In this document: positions 1 to 13,639 of the stretch, piece by piece | Numbering within the stretch: position 1 is the first letter of the stretch | How the letters are laid out: each line of letters starts with the position of its first letter | Assembly (NCBI GenBank): GCA_950097015.1 | Contig: CATNEN010000003.1 | Coordinates: 2,356,001-2,420,000 of the forward strand | DNA length: 64,000 nucleotides | Source of the DNA: Macrostomum hystrix | Lineage: Eukaryota; Animalia; Platyhelminthes | Direction of reading: 5' to 3' | Program-made: the position numbers and the translations under genes | The notes under the pieces: model-generated | Seen by the model: only the letters and a program-made list of their open reading frames with translations | The model's database searches: none | Told to the model about the DNA's origin: nothing

Positions 1-1274
1 CGTTTTCTTCTCTTCTGCAGTCTCCATCATCCCACGCGTTTTTCTGTCTACCTCAACTGTCGTGTTGTCAATAAAATATCCCTAATACTACCCTACTAGT
101 TTAGGCAAAAATGTCAAACAAGACACTCAACACTAAGCCAGAAGTGCATGAGGTGATCAAATTTCATATTTTAGGAATTATGAAACTTATCACCAACGCA
201 AAATGAAATTCGTGAGATACACAGCACGATTTGGTTTATTTTATTTCCCGGAAAATGTTTCTCGGTACTTTTCTAACGCTTCGTTCCACTTCCCATGCCA
301 TTAAACCGCACATTTTTTCTTTGAAAACAAACAGCAAAGTGCCAAATCTTTCGCGAAGACCAGGCAGAAAAAAAGCGGCGAATTCGGAAAATGCCATTCT
401 GCTTTCCTCGCATGTTTTATCTACTGAAGAATTCTGCTTTCAATTTCAACACACTACCATAAATTTCTGATATCGCGCACTTCATCATAAACTTATCTGC
501 ATCAAAATTTATAGTGGTAAATATCTTTTTTTCATGTTAAGGATTATTATTATATAAAGCAAGCTATACGAGTATTTAACTCCAAAGTTCAGTTGTGTAA
601 TAGTCCAATTTTTTTATTGGTCAACGAAGGCTTCCCCGAAAGTTGTTACTATTTTTAGCAAAAAAAATCGATAACGGAATTCCTAATTGCTCGTAATAAC
701 ACTTGAACTTAATTCTCGTGATTATGAAACAAACTAGAAAAAGCATCTGAGGCATTATAAAAAGAATTGCCAATTTTTAACCGTCAAAGTAATAGTAGAG
801 CTGGAAAAAGTGAAAAGCATTTGCAAGGAAAGCAGAATGGCATTACTGTAAAAAATCTAACACTAGAAAAAAGCTGGACACCAGCCACTCACTACGGCGT
901 CTAATGTCGGACGCTTCACAGAACTGAAGAGCCAAGTAAATGCAATGAATTGTCCCCTCGCCCATTGTTGCTAACATAAATGCGACTATTATACTCTGTA
1001 ATACCACACACACTCAACAATGAAAATGGCATCTTTAAAAAATATACCTATTGCTGACACTGTGCGTGACAACATTTGTCAGGAAATATTTTAGTAAATT
1101 TTCATCCGCATCATCTTAGTAAATAAAATTGAATGATGCTGTGTTATGCTGTGTATGTTGGCTTGTTAACTTCGCAAAGTGTTATCATATAACAGCTAGA
1201 ATTCATGCATTTTGCATTCTAATTCATGCTGTCTAATTTTGTTTAAACACTTGTGCTCTCTGTTCTTTTCTATA

Positions 1275-1675
1275 AGTCTTCATCTCACCCTACCAAGTCT
1301 TCATCTCACCCTACCAAGTCTTTACCTTACCCTACCAACTCTTCCTCTCACCCTACCAAGTCTTCATCTCACCTACCAAGTCTTGATCTCACCTACCAAG
1401 TCTTCATCTCACCCTACCAAGTCTTCATCTCACCCTACCAAGTCTTTACCTTACCCTGCCAACTCTTCATCTCAACCTACCAACTCTTTATCTCACGCTA
1501 CCAAGTCTTCATCTCACCCTACCAAGTCTTCATCTCACCCTACCAAGTCTTCATCTCACCCTACCAACTCTTCATCTCACCTACCAACTCTTCATCTCAC
1601 CCTACCAACTCTTCATCTCACCCTACCAAGTCTTCATCTCACCTACCAACTCTACATCTCACCCTAACAAGTCTT
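1275..1675. repeat. Minisatellite, ~21-bp unit TCTTCATCTCACCCTACCAAG
   Basis: Tandem copies visible directly. Confidence 0.95.
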
Positions 1676-2799
1676 CCTCGTCCAAACGCCCTGTATTTTG
1701 TCTGTCAACAAAAAATATATTTTTATTACTCTTTAATCCTAATATCAATGTTTTCCTCTATCATTCTAACTTCCCTAGTTCCCGCTGACCAAAGTAATTC
1801 AGCTGCACTTTTAAAAATTATTCTCACCTTTAGCAAAAAAAGGAAAAAAGGGGTTGCCAAAATAGTAAGGCTAGTAACGAAGCCATCTACTAGAAGCAGA
1901 AGCCACTAAGGCCGCGAACGGTAACTTAGCAGGAATCGAATTTCTATATTTTAGTGTTCGTGTTTTTGCACCGCTTTCGATTTATCTTCAAGCCTAAGAC
2001 AACTAAAAGCCAGTCCTTGTCTTCGATTCGTAATCTCCCAAATGCTTGTTCCCAATATTTCACCTGGGATTTGGGAAGGAGGAAGTACACAACTTGCCAC
2101 TTAGCTACTTAAAATAGGTGATACGTGCGACAGATACTCTATCGCACTGTGTGTTAATTGTGTCAATCATTATTTGAGGGTCCAAGAACTTACTAAATTG
2201 AATTCTTTTCTGAATCTCACAACCTGATATTTTCTTGTTTGAGATAAACGTTCTTAAAGAAAGGAACTGCAATGACTTTGTTATGTGTTTTGTTCAAAGA
2301 TACTAAAGCCTTTAATTTTCAAAGGTTTTTATAAATTTAACGGAATTAGACTCAAACGGAAGCGTCACCAACATCAGATTTGAAATAGTAAATAAGATAA
2401 CGGATACAACTTAAAGGGACAAAACGAACCTGCTCGTTGTAAATTCTTAGCCTATGGATTACAAAAGATTTTTTCAATTTGCTACATAAATAATTATTAG
2501 CGACTTTGCAAAGAAATTTGTGTATTCTAAGAAACAACACACGAAGTCTATAGCTATACTTTAATAGCTGTTCGAATAGCAATTGAAGTTTAGTTCTCAG
2601 TTAGAAACTACCTGTATCAGTTTAAAAGGTGTCCCTTTGGCAAAGCACGTTTGCAAAGAAAATTGTTTGTTCTGCTTCTACAGTGAACTTGCATTCTTTT
2701 ATTTCTTGCTTAGAACAGCATTTCTCTTACATTTTGTCTGCTCTCTTACAAAGAAAATATTTTGAAAAAAGGGGAAACTATGAGATTCTATTCTTCATT

Positions 2800-3475
2800 T
2801 AGGTCACGACTCCCGTAACACACACTGAATCACTCCTCCAGTCACATTTTAGGTCACTCTTCCAGTGTTCTAGGTCACTCTTCCAGCGTTCTAGGTCACT
2901 CTTCCAGTCACACACTAGGCCACTCCTCCAGTCACACTGTAGGTCACTCCTCCAGTCACTCTGTAGGTCACTCCTCCAGTCACTCTGTAGGTCACTCCTC
3001 CAGTCACACTGTAGGTCACTCCTCCAGTCACACACTAGGTCACTCCTCCAGTCACACTGTAGGTCACTCTTTCAGTGTTCTAGGTCACTCTTCCAGTGTT
3101 CTAGGTCACTCTTCCAGTGTTCTAGGTCACGCTTCCAGTGTTCTAGGTCACTCTTCCAGTGTTCTAGGTCACTCTTTCAGTCACACACTAGGCCACTCCT
3201 CCAGTCTCAATCTAGGTCACTCCTCCAGTCTTACTGTAGGTCACTACTTCAGTCTTACTCTAGGTCACTCCTCCAGTCTCACTATAGGTCACTCCTCCAG
3301 TCTTACTCTCTGTCACTCCTCCAGTCACAAACTAGGTCACTCCTCCAGTCACACTTTAGGTCACTCCTCCAGTCACACTGTAGGTCACTCCTCCAGTCAC
3401 ACTTTAGGTCACTCCTCCAGTCACACTGTAGGTCACTCCTCCAGTCACACTTTAGGTCACTGAAGGTCACTCTCC
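2800..3475. repeat. Minisatellite, 21-24-bp units with core TAGGTCACTCCTCCAGT
   Basis: Tandem copies. Confidence 0.95.
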
Positions 3476-3492
3476 ATATTCGCACACTCGAG

Positions 3493-3688
3493 AGTTCACT
3501 CATGCCAGCTTGATCCAAACGTAAGTTCACTCATGCCAGCTTGATCCAAACGTAAGTTCACTCATGCCAGCTTGATCCAAACGTAAGTTCACTCATGCCA
3601 GCTTGATCCAAACGTAAGTTCACTCATGCCAGCTTGATCCAAACGTAAGTTCACTCATGCCAGCTTGATCCAAACATAAGTTCACTCA
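3493..3688. repeat. Tandem repeat, 31-bp unit GTTCACTCATGCCAGCTTGATCCAAACGTAA, about 6 copies
   Basis: Near-identical tandem copies, no spacers. Confidence 0.95.
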
Positions 3689-4458
3689 AAAGATCACAAA
3701 CTTAATTTCCCAGTTTCCCAGTGCCCCAAGTCCTATTTTCACTCACTCCCGTCCTTCCCGTATTCGACTGTCCATCACAAAAAAACCCCTCGATATTCCC
3801 AACAGGAGCAAAAAAATTGTGAAATCATCCACCACACCCTGCATTCCGTCCTTGTAGAATCGACAAAGAATCATTGATGCTAAAAAAATTGATGGTGAAA
3901 GTTGATAAACTGCAGTTCAGCATGCGGTCCTTGTCTCCTGGCCCCCTTCACCTATAGCTTATAGGTAGCTACAGGTCAGAGATAGTAACATATAGTAACT
4001 ACAAGAAGGACTTAACAGACGACAATATGAATCTCTAGGGGTGTATTGGCTATGCATAAACCAACAATTCTGAATCCAATGCGTTTGTGCAGCGAAATTC
4101 TATTGCACAGGCCTCACTAAATATAGTAGAAACTTGTAGCTTACTGAGAGCGAACTGCTAAGAGATATTTTTCGATGTTAAAATGAGATAGAGTTAAATA
4201 GTTTGCGCCCAGCAACTGGCATGCACTTTCTCATGCATTTTTCCTGTTTGGGCTTGATGCTATACCAAAAATTGCTTTTCCAACTCTCCGTGTACTCTCT
4301 AGGGAGAATTTTAAGGAGAAATCTCGTTTTGGGATAATTTTCTATGCGGTCGTCTTGCTTTCCTTCTTTCCTTGGACTTGAAGCGAAGATAGGAAAAATT
4401 CTGCCATTTTCAACTAGTCTAAACTGCTAGCTCAGGATCTGGGAATACCAACTGATTC

Positions 4459-4610
4459 AAATGGGTACCAACCAGCATTAGCTGTGGTAATTGAGGGTGG
4501 GTGTGGCGTCCCCCCAGTCTATGGACTGAACAGCCGTACGCAGCCGTCAGATGCGGCAGTGCTGTCAGCTGCACATCTGACCCAATCGGGGCAGGTGTAG
4601 TTAATTATTG
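4459..4610 (+). mobile_element. SINE family A 3' fragment
   Basis: AAATGGGTACC...GTGGGTGTGGCGTCCCCCCAGTCTATGGACTGAACAGC...GGGGCAGGTGTA matches the 3' half of family A. Confidence 0.8.
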
Positions 4611-4655
4611 TTTACTAATTAAATAAAGCAGTAACAAAGGCAACGGAGAACTCAC

Positions 4656-5492
4656 TGTGAAGATTGTTGTGCCCCTAGGCGTATTCTCAGGCACGGTGAT
4701 GTTATTGCTTTTCTGTGTGAACACCGGACTATTGTCGTTAACGTCTTCGATCATCAGTTGATATCTGGTGCGGCCTTCCCGGTTGCCATTGTCCCTAGCA
4801 ACCAAATCAAACTCGTACTGATTATATCGTTCAGCGTCCAGGCCCTTTAAAATTGACAGGAACGGAGGGCCCGTTTGAGAATTGATGAGCTGAAAGTCTT
4901 CCGCGGTGCCATTCGTCATGTTCTCCATGGAGTAGGTGATGGCGTTGAACTGTTGTGACAAGTCTTCATCCCTGGCCAGTGGCAGCTGGATCCTGGAGTT
5001 CGCGCATGCGGCGGACACCAAAATACACATGGTCTCTGCGCGACTGTCTGTGAAGAATGTCTGGACAAAAGTTGGCGAATTGTCGTTAATGTCCTTGACA
5101 ATGAGGGTGAAACTGGCGCGAGCAACTATATTGGACTGCCGATTGCGCACAATCACTGTGAACATATGTCTCAATTCGCCGTCCTTGCACTCCGTGTACT
5201 CATTGCGCGTACCGCGACACATGGCCTCGATGTCGAGGACGGTCTTTGGCCGAATGACGCCCGAGTTGGTGTCAACCTCGATGTAAGGATCGTCCAACAG
5301 GAGGCTGTAACTCAGGCCGGAAACATCGCCAAAGTTGTCTCGCAGTTTTCCAGCGACGGCGACGTTCACCAGAGACCTCACAGGCTCCTCTTCGTTAGTG
5401 CGAATGTTGTAGTTGAAAACGAACTGACTGGCAGCGTTAACTGTAGCTGCGACCAGGCAGAGACAAGCCAGCAGTTGAACTTTGATTGACAT
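4656..5492 (-). CDS. Protocadherin/cadherin-family protein, first coding exon (signal peptide, EC1, EC2, start of EC3); gene continues beyond the left edge
   Basis: ATG at 5492 followed by a hydrophobic signal peptide (LLACLCLVAATVNA). Cadherin Ca-binding motifs LDIE, DINDNSPTF, ARDED, LDAE, ARDNG and DVNDNSPVF are present. The Cys pair in EC1 (MC...EC) is protocadherin-like. Donor ACA|GTGAGT at 4656/4655; acceptor TTTGCAG| at 5535/5534. Confidence 0.93.
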
Positions 5493-5694
5493 TGTGAGAG
5501 GCGAGTCGTGCAGTTTAGTTGGTCGGTCGAAAAACTGCAAATTGTTTCAATGCGTGCTTGTGACTCTTTGAAGTTGCAGAACGATAACGAAAAAGGGTTA
5601 CAATAGCTTGTAATTTTATTTTATGAACTGATTTTCTAGGTATCGGAATAAATTCGATTTATAGTAATGTGTTCGAGAAACTAGAACTCAAGGT

Positions 5695-6840
5695 AATATT
5701 TTCGAGTATCTTGGCAAAATGTTCGAGCATCTTGGTAGAATGATCGAGCATCATGGTAAAATGTTCGAGTATCTTGTTAAAATGTTCGAGTATCTTGTTA
5801 AAATGTTCGAGTATCTTGGTAAAATATTCGAGTATCTTGGTAAAGTGTTCGAGTATCTTATGGTAAAATGTTTGAGTATTGTGGTAAAATGTTCGAGTAT
5901 CTTGGTAAAATGTTCGAGTTTCTTGGTAAAATGTTCGAGTGTCTTGGTAAAATGTTTAGAGTATCTTGGTAAAATGTTCGAGTATCTTTGTAAAATGTTC
6001 GAGTGTCTTGGTAAAATGTTCGAGTGTCTTGGTAAAATGTTCGAGTATCTTGGTAAAATGTTCGAGTATCTTGGTAAAATATTCGAGTGTCTTGGTAAAA
6101 TGTTCGAGTGTCTTGGTAAAATGTTCGAGTGTCTTGGTAAAATGTTCGAGTGTCTTGGTTAAATGTTCGAGTGTCTTGGTTAAATGTTCGAGTGTCTTGG
6201 TAAAATATTCGAGTGTCTTGGTAAAATGTTCGAGTGTCTTGGTTAAATGTTCGAGCATCTTGGTAAAATATTCGAGTGTCTTGGTAAAATGTTCGAGTGT
6301 CTTGGTAAAATATTCGAGCTTCTTCGTAAAATGTTCGAGTGTCTTGGTAAAATGTTCGAGTGTCTTGGTTAAATGTTCGAGCATCTTGGTAAAATATTCG
6401 AGTGTCTTGGTAAAATGTTCGAGTGTCTTGGTAAAATATTCGAGTGTCTTGGTAAAATGTTCGAGTGTCTTGGTAAAATATTCGAGTGTCTTGGTAAAAT
6501 GTTCGAGTGTCTTGGTAAAATGTTCGAGTGTCTTGTTAAAATGTTCGAGTATCTTGTTAAAATGTTCGAGTGTCTTGTTAAAATGTTCGAGTGTCTTGTT
6601 AAAATGTTCGAGTGTCTTGGTAAAATGTTCGAGTATCTTGGTAAAATGTTCGAGTATCTTGGTAAAATATTCGAGTGTCTTGGTAAAATGTTCGAGTGTC
6701 TTGGTAAAATGTTCGAGTATCTTGGTAAAATGTTCGAGTGTCTTGTTAAAATGTTCGAGTGTCTTGTTAAAATGTTCGAGTGTCTTGGTTAAATGTTCGA
6801 GTGTCTTGTTAAAATGTTCGAGTGTCTTGTTAAAATGTTC
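5695..6840. repeat. Minisatellite, 21-bp unit AAAATGTTCGAGTGTCTTGGT
   Basis: Tandem copies. Confidence 0.97.
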
Positions 6841-7644
6841 AGCTTGGCAATTTTGTTCCCATCTCATTGTTGATAGCTATAGAGCTTGACCAATTAATCA
6901 GCTAGCTTTTGGGAGCATTTGTCAGAGTTCAATTTGCAGCCCAGCAATTAGATTGAATTTAACAGCGCAAGCATTTTTTTATTTTGACTGCTCAATTATT
7001 ACGATAAATACAGGCTGCAATTGACCAAAGGATAAATTGATGCTATTGCAATTATCGACGACCGATTCTCGAAGACAAACATGGACGTTATAACACTCTG
7101 TCGATGTTTTTCTTCTAAATTTTTCGATCGGTCGAAACGGGGATTAGATGGGAGTCCAATGCTGTAACCATAGGGATAAAAGCCATATAAAATATCCCCC
7201 TTAGATTTGGTTTTTGTTTATCAGACAATATAAAACTGCTGCAGTAAATCATTACCCACCGGTCGATCCTGCAGAAACATAGAAGTGAAAAGATGTGCCA
7301 AATAGCGCGACCGAAAATATCCCATTGCAAGCGAGAGGGACACGTGCCAACGATGGGATGGTGGGGGGAAATCTCTCTAGTCTCTATCCCTGTATGGGCA
7401 AATGGCAATTCCATAGATTGCCAGTTAATGAATTATTTATAAAGAGGGGGAGAGACCCCGACGTGAGGACCGCGAGAGACTTGATGGGCTGTCCCTCGCT
7501 CAGTTTGGTTTCTATTCTCTCTGATATCTCTCTTATCTGTCGTTACTCAGCATCAGGTCTCACTGGCGTATAATTCTAAAGATTAAAACTGCATAGTAAA
7601 GATTGATTGATTGATTGCTTGATTGATTGATTGATTGAGCTAAA

Positions 7645-8055
7645 TCTAAAGCTTCAGTGATTCAGGCCCTAGCTATATCTGAAGCTTCAGTGCTTCAGGC
7701 ACTAGCTATATCTGAAGCTTCAGTGCTTCAGGCACTAGCTATATATGAAGCTTCAGTGCTTCAGGCACTAGCAAAATCTGAAGCTTCAGTGATTCAGGCA
7801 CTAGCAAAATCTGAAGCTTCAGTGCTTCAGGCACTAGCTATATATGAAGCTTCAGTGATTCAGGCACTAGCAAAATCTGAAGCTTCAGTGCTTCAGGCAC
7901 TAGCTATATATGAAGCTTCAGTGATTCAGGCACTAGCAAAATCTGAAGCTTCAGTGCTTCAGGCACTAGCTATATATGAAGCTTCAGTGCTTCAGGCACT
8001 AGCTATATATGAAGCTTCAGTGCTTCAGGCACTAGCAACACCTCATGCTTCAGTC
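7645..8055. repeat. Minisatellite, 33-bp unit GAAGCTTCAGTGCTTCAGGCACTAGCTATATCT, preceded by (GATT)n
   Basis: Tandem copies. Confidence 0.95.
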
Positions 8056-8619
8056 AGTGCTTTTCAAATCCTCACCAACAATTGGTGTATTTAAAAACCC
8101 AATAAAAACTTCCCAAAAAAAACTCACTCCAGTACTCACAGAAATTTTGTGTCTTTGTCCCGAAATTCCGCCAGGCCCTCAACTGAAGAATCCTCAAATT
8201 ATTATTTTACGATCCCGATGCGCAGATCTCAACTGTAGATTAGCGACTCAAATTGCTCACATTTTTGTGTGAGTCATGTGTGCTCAAATGTGCATCTTGG
8301 AGCAAAATTATTTATTCTGTTTTATGTCTACAGAAAATATCGGAAACGCAAAAATCACACTGGCTTGAATTGAGAGAGCCTGTGTCATCTAAGAGTTGAC
8401 AGACGGTGTGTCCACGCCCCCCTTTCACTGTTTGCCTGTCATAGATATCAAAGTATTTTCCTACGTCTCAAAATTCGCTTTTCAATGTTCCATTTTTAGT
8501 ATTTTTTGGTTTAAAAAAAGCATTAACTAGGATGTGTTTCATTCCAGAAAGGGCTCAAAGGCATTTCTTGAATTTCTCTGATTTGCACTTCTCACTGCAA
8601 GATCTATGAAGTACTTAGT

Positions 8620-9496
8620 AACAGATCTATGAACTATACTCACTCACAGATCTATAAACTACTCACTCACAGATTTCTAAACTACTCACTCACAGATCTA
8701 TAAACTACTCACTGTCAGATCTATAAACTACTCACTGCCAGATCTATAAACTACTCACTGTCAGATATATAAACTACTCACTGTCAGATCTATAAACTAC
8801 TCACTGTCAGATCTATAAACTACTCACTGTCAGATCAATAAACTACTCACTGTCAGATCTATAAACTACTCACTGTCAGATCTATAAACTACTCACTGCC
8901 AGATCTATAAACTACTCACTGTCAGATATATAAACTACTCACTGTCAGATCTATAAACTACTCACTGTCAGATCTATAAACTACTCACTGTCAGATCTAT
9001 AAACTACTCACTGCCAGATCTATAAACTACTCACTGTCAGATCTATAAACTACTCACTGCCAGATCTATAAACTACTCACTGCCAGATCTATAAACTACT
9101 CACTGTCAGATCTATAAACTACTCACTGCCAGATCTATAAACTACTCACTGTCAGATCTATAAACTACTCACTGTCAGATCTATAAACTACTCACTGTCA
9201 GATCTATAAACTACTCACTGCCAGATCTATAAACTACTCACTGCCAGATCTATAAACGACTCACTGCCAGATCTATAAACTACTCACTGTCAGATCTATA
9301 AACTACTCACTGTCAGATCTATAAACTACTCACTGTCAGATCTATAAACTACTCACTGCCAGATCTATAAACTACTCACTGCCAGATCTATAAACGACTC
9401 ACTGCCAGATCTATAAACTACTCACTGTCAGATCTATAAACTACTCAATCACAGATCTATAAACTACTCAATCACAGATCTATAAACTACTCACTC
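8620..9496. repeat. Minisatellite, 23-bp unit CAGATCTATAAACTACTCACTGT
   Basis: Tandem copies. Confidence 0.97.
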
Positions 9497-10219
9497 TAAA
9501 CCGATAAATATTGCATTAAAATCTAGCCTCATACTTTTCAAGATTTTCGAACATTGCAGAAAATAAGTTAGCTTTATCTACAGCTGCTGGCCAATTGTGG
9601 GATACACTGAAGCATGTTTTCTGTTCCCAAACTATTAATCAGATCCCAATAATTTAGTGATAAAACCAGAATCTCCACATACTAGATTATAAGAGGCTGT
9701 ACAAATATTGTTCCTAAAACGATCATTCAACAGATTTTCTAGGAATTAGCATAGCGAGCTGGGGTGACGCTAGGTCATTGCTCTGATAACTTTGCTCCAT
9801 TACATGTGGTGTGTGTGTCTGCGTTTGCAATAGACCATTGGCTCTTACTATGGAACACGTGTGGCATGTTCTAAAACAAATTCCATTTTCTTATCTTATT
9901 TTTGCAGATGTTGCTGCTGCTGCTGCTGCTGCTGCTGCGGCCCCTGCTGCAAATCGCTGACAAATTGAGATTGTGTTTTGCCTTCGAAAAAAATTCCAGA
10001 ACGTTGGGCCCCACAATATGGCATCGGAATTTAGTTCCAGCCTGTTACAAGCTAGCTAATTTATCCCATTTTTGTGTTTTTTCTCTTTATCTCGAATTTT
10101 AAAAGCTCTGGTTTAGAGACAGATATGATAAGAATATATATATATGTGTGTGTATTAGTTTCTGTATCAGCTTGTGCCAATGTCCATGATGTTAGGGACA
10201 TCGGTTCCGGAATTGGGAT

Positions 10220-10850
10220 ATGGTCTATGGGATGTGGAGTCTATGGGATGTGGAGTCTATTGGATGTGGAGTCTATGGGATGTGGAGTCTATGGGATGTG
10301 GAGTCTATGGGATGTGGAGTCTATGGGATGTGGAGTCTATGGGATGTGGAGTCTATGGGATGTGGAGTCTATGGGATGTGGAGTCTATGGGATGTGGAGT
10401 CTATGGGATGTGGAGTCTATGGGATGTGGAGTCTATGGGATGTGGAGTCTATGGGATGTGGAGTCTGTAGAATGTGGAGTCTATGGGGTGTGGAGTCTAT
10501 GGGATGTGGAGTCTATGGGGTGTGGAGTCTATGGGATGTGGAGTCTATGGGATGTGGAGTCTATGGGATGTGGAGTCTATGGGATGTGGAGTCTATGGGA
10601 TGTGGAGTCTATGGGATGTGGAGTCTGTAGAATGTGGAGTCTATGGGGTGTGGAGTCTATGGGATGTGGAGTCTATGGGATGTGGAGTCTATGGGATGTG
10701 GAGTCTATGGGATGTGGAGTCTGTAGAATGTGGAGTCTATGGGGTGTGGAGTCTATGGGATGTGGAGTCTATGGGATGTGGAGTCTATGGGATGTGGAGT
10801 CTATGGGATGTGGAGTCTATGGGATGTGGAGTCTATGGAATGTGGAGTAT
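10220..10850. repeat. Minisatellite, unit GGGATGTGGAGTCTAT(G), 16-17 bp
   Basis: Tandem copies. Confidence 0.97.
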
Positions 10851-11449
10851 TTACTTAACGTAAGAAATTATTTAAAAAAGCTTTTTGGCTTCGAATCTCC
10901 TTCTGGGTTACTCAAGAATTAAAAAATCCCCATTTCAATCTAAACTATCGCTGTTGCGTAATCTATAGAGTGGTTTTGATTCACGATTTTTATCGATTAC
11001 CCAAAATCTAGAAATAAGACTCGAGTTCGATGAAGAATAAAAAAGAGAAAGAAAGAAAAGGCGACGTTAGGAGGTTCCAGGACTGAATCACGCAACAAAA
11101 ACTCGAAAGACTCGAGCACAGAAACGTGAGTACACAGAGAAAAAAAAATTGGGCGCAGAAATGAAAGAAAATGATGAAGGTCGGTGGATTAGTTTTGGTC
11201 TCACAACAGGCCGCTGATTGATTGAGCTCTTCCCTGGCCAAAAAAATTATTCCCCACTGTACAGAACTGGTATGGCAACCCTACGATATTATTATGAACC
11301 CCAGTGCGACAGGAAATGCCCACAATAGATCAATGCTGCCAAGTAATGTTAATATGAATGCATTTTCACTACCAGAGGATGGCTAAAACTGTTGACAAAT
11401 AAACACTGAAGGATAATTTAGTTTGACTCGAAAGAACCATATGTGCAGG

Positions 11450-13062
11450 CACTGAAGGACCTCACAACCAGACACTGAAGAATGTCAGGGGTAGACACTA
11501 AATGATCTCAGAGGTAGACACTAAATGATCTCAGAGGTAGACACTGAATGATCTCAGAGGTAGACACTGAATGATCTCAGAGGTAGACACTAAAGAATGT
11601 CAGAGGTAGACACTGAAGGATGTCAGGGGTAGACACTGAAGGATCTCAGAGGTAGACACTGAATGATCTCAGAGGTAGACACTAAATGATCTCAGAGGTA
11701 GACACTGAATGATCTCAGAGGTAGACACTGAAGGATATCAGAGGTAGACACTGAAGAATGTCAGAGGTAGACACTGAATGATCTCAGAGGTAGACACTGA
11801 ATGATCTCAGAGGTAGACACTGAAGGATCTCAGAGGTAGACACTGAAGGATCTCAGAGGTAGACACTAAAGAATGTCAGAGGTAGACACTGAAGAATGTC
11901 AGAGGTAGACACTGAAGAATGTCAGAGGTAGACACTGAATGATCTCAGAGGTAGACACTAAAGAATGTCAGAGGTAGACACTGAAGGATCTCAGAGGTAG
12001 ACACTGAAGAATGTCAGAGGTAGACACTGAAGGATCTCAGAGGTAGACACTGAAGGATCTCAGAGGTAGACACTGAAGGATCTCAGAGGTAGACACTGAA
12101 TGATCTCAGAGGTAGACACTGAAGAATGTCAGAGATAGACACTGAAGGATGTCAGAGGTAGACACTGAATGATCTCAGAGGTAGACACTAAATGATCTCA
12201 GAGGTAGACACTGAATGATCTCAGAGGTAGACACTGAATGATCTCAGAGGTAGACACTGAAGGATGTCAGAGGTAGACACTGAATGATCTCAGAGGTAGA
12301 CACTGAAGGATCTCAGAGGTAGACACTAAAGAATGTCAGAGGTAGAAACTAAGAATGTCAGAGGTAGACACTGAAGAATCTCAGAGGTAGAAACAAAGAA
12401 TGTCAGAGGTAGACACTGAAGAATGTCAGAGGTAGACACTGAAGAATGTCAGAGGTAGACACTGAATGATCACAGAGGTAGACACTGAATGATCTCAGAG
12501 GTAGACACTAAATGATCTCAGAGGTAGACACTGAATGATCTCAGAGGTAGACACTGAAGAATGTCAGAGGTAGACACTGAAGAATGTCAGAGGTAGACAC
12601 TGAAGAATGTCAGAGGTAGACACTGAAGAATGTCAGAGGTAGACACTGAAGAATGTCAGAGGTAGACACTGAATGATCACAGAGGTAGACACTGAAGGAT
12701 CTCAGAGGTAGACACTAAATGATCTCAGAGGTAGACACTGAATGATCTCAGAGGTAGACACTGAAGAATGTCAGAGGTAGACACTGAAGAATGTCAGAGG
12801 TAGACACTGAAGGATCTCAGAGGTAGACACTGAAGGATCTCAGAGGTAGACACTAAAGAATGTCAGAGGTAGACACTGAAGGATCTCAGAGGTAGACACT
12901 GAAGGATCTCAGAGGTAGACACTGAAGAATGTCAGAGGTAGACACTGAAAAATGTCAGAGGTAGATACTGAAGAATGTCAGAGGTAGACACTGAATGATC
13001 TCAGAGGTAGACACTGAATGATCTCAGAGGTAGACACTGAATGATCTCAGAGGTAGACACTG
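11450..13062. repeat. Minisatellite, 23-bp unit GTAGACACTGAATGATCTCAGAG
   Basis: Tandem copies. Confidence 0.97.
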
Positions 13063-13639
13063 ACGAACGACTTGAATTCCATAGCAAAAGCAGGCCTCAA
13101 ACCTGTCCTTTGTTGAGTGTATCATGAGTGGAAATTTTTGGGCAACAAAATGAAAAAGAAGCTGAGAAAAATAAATCACAAAGGCGGATGAGTAATTTCC
13201 GGGAAACACGGAACACGTCAAAGAACTGTAGAAGATTTTTCTGTGCGTGGGGTGGCTGGCAAGCTCGCTTCGTTATTTATTAATCGAGATGATTGCAGGC
13301 TGCAGGCTGCAGTGCCCTTTGAACTGTGCATTTTTTCTATTTTCTTATAAGCAGACAAAGTGGTTGTGCAGTCCTTCCGTTCAGAACATTGCGACTTCAT
13401 TATGACCTTGATGATCTGCTGTGCTTTTTTTCTTAATGATTTTTCTGCTTTTACAAGCTAGTTAGATAGCATTGAGAAGTCACTACCAAAAGGTTAAGGG
13501 CAAATATTTATGAAACTATGAGTTATCTTGTTGTAGTGGCCAGAATTACCTTTGTGCATTGTATAATTATAATATATGCTTTCTTTAATATTTTTGTCAA
13601 CAGATATAATTGATTATCATCCTTGATTATCTTCATTTA

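Noticed and set aside
3493-3688. 31-bp direct repeats (and the 61-bp repeats at 62028-62660) superficially like CRISPR arrays
   Set aside because: The units are contiguous with no unique spacers, there are no cas genes, and the context is eukaryotic.
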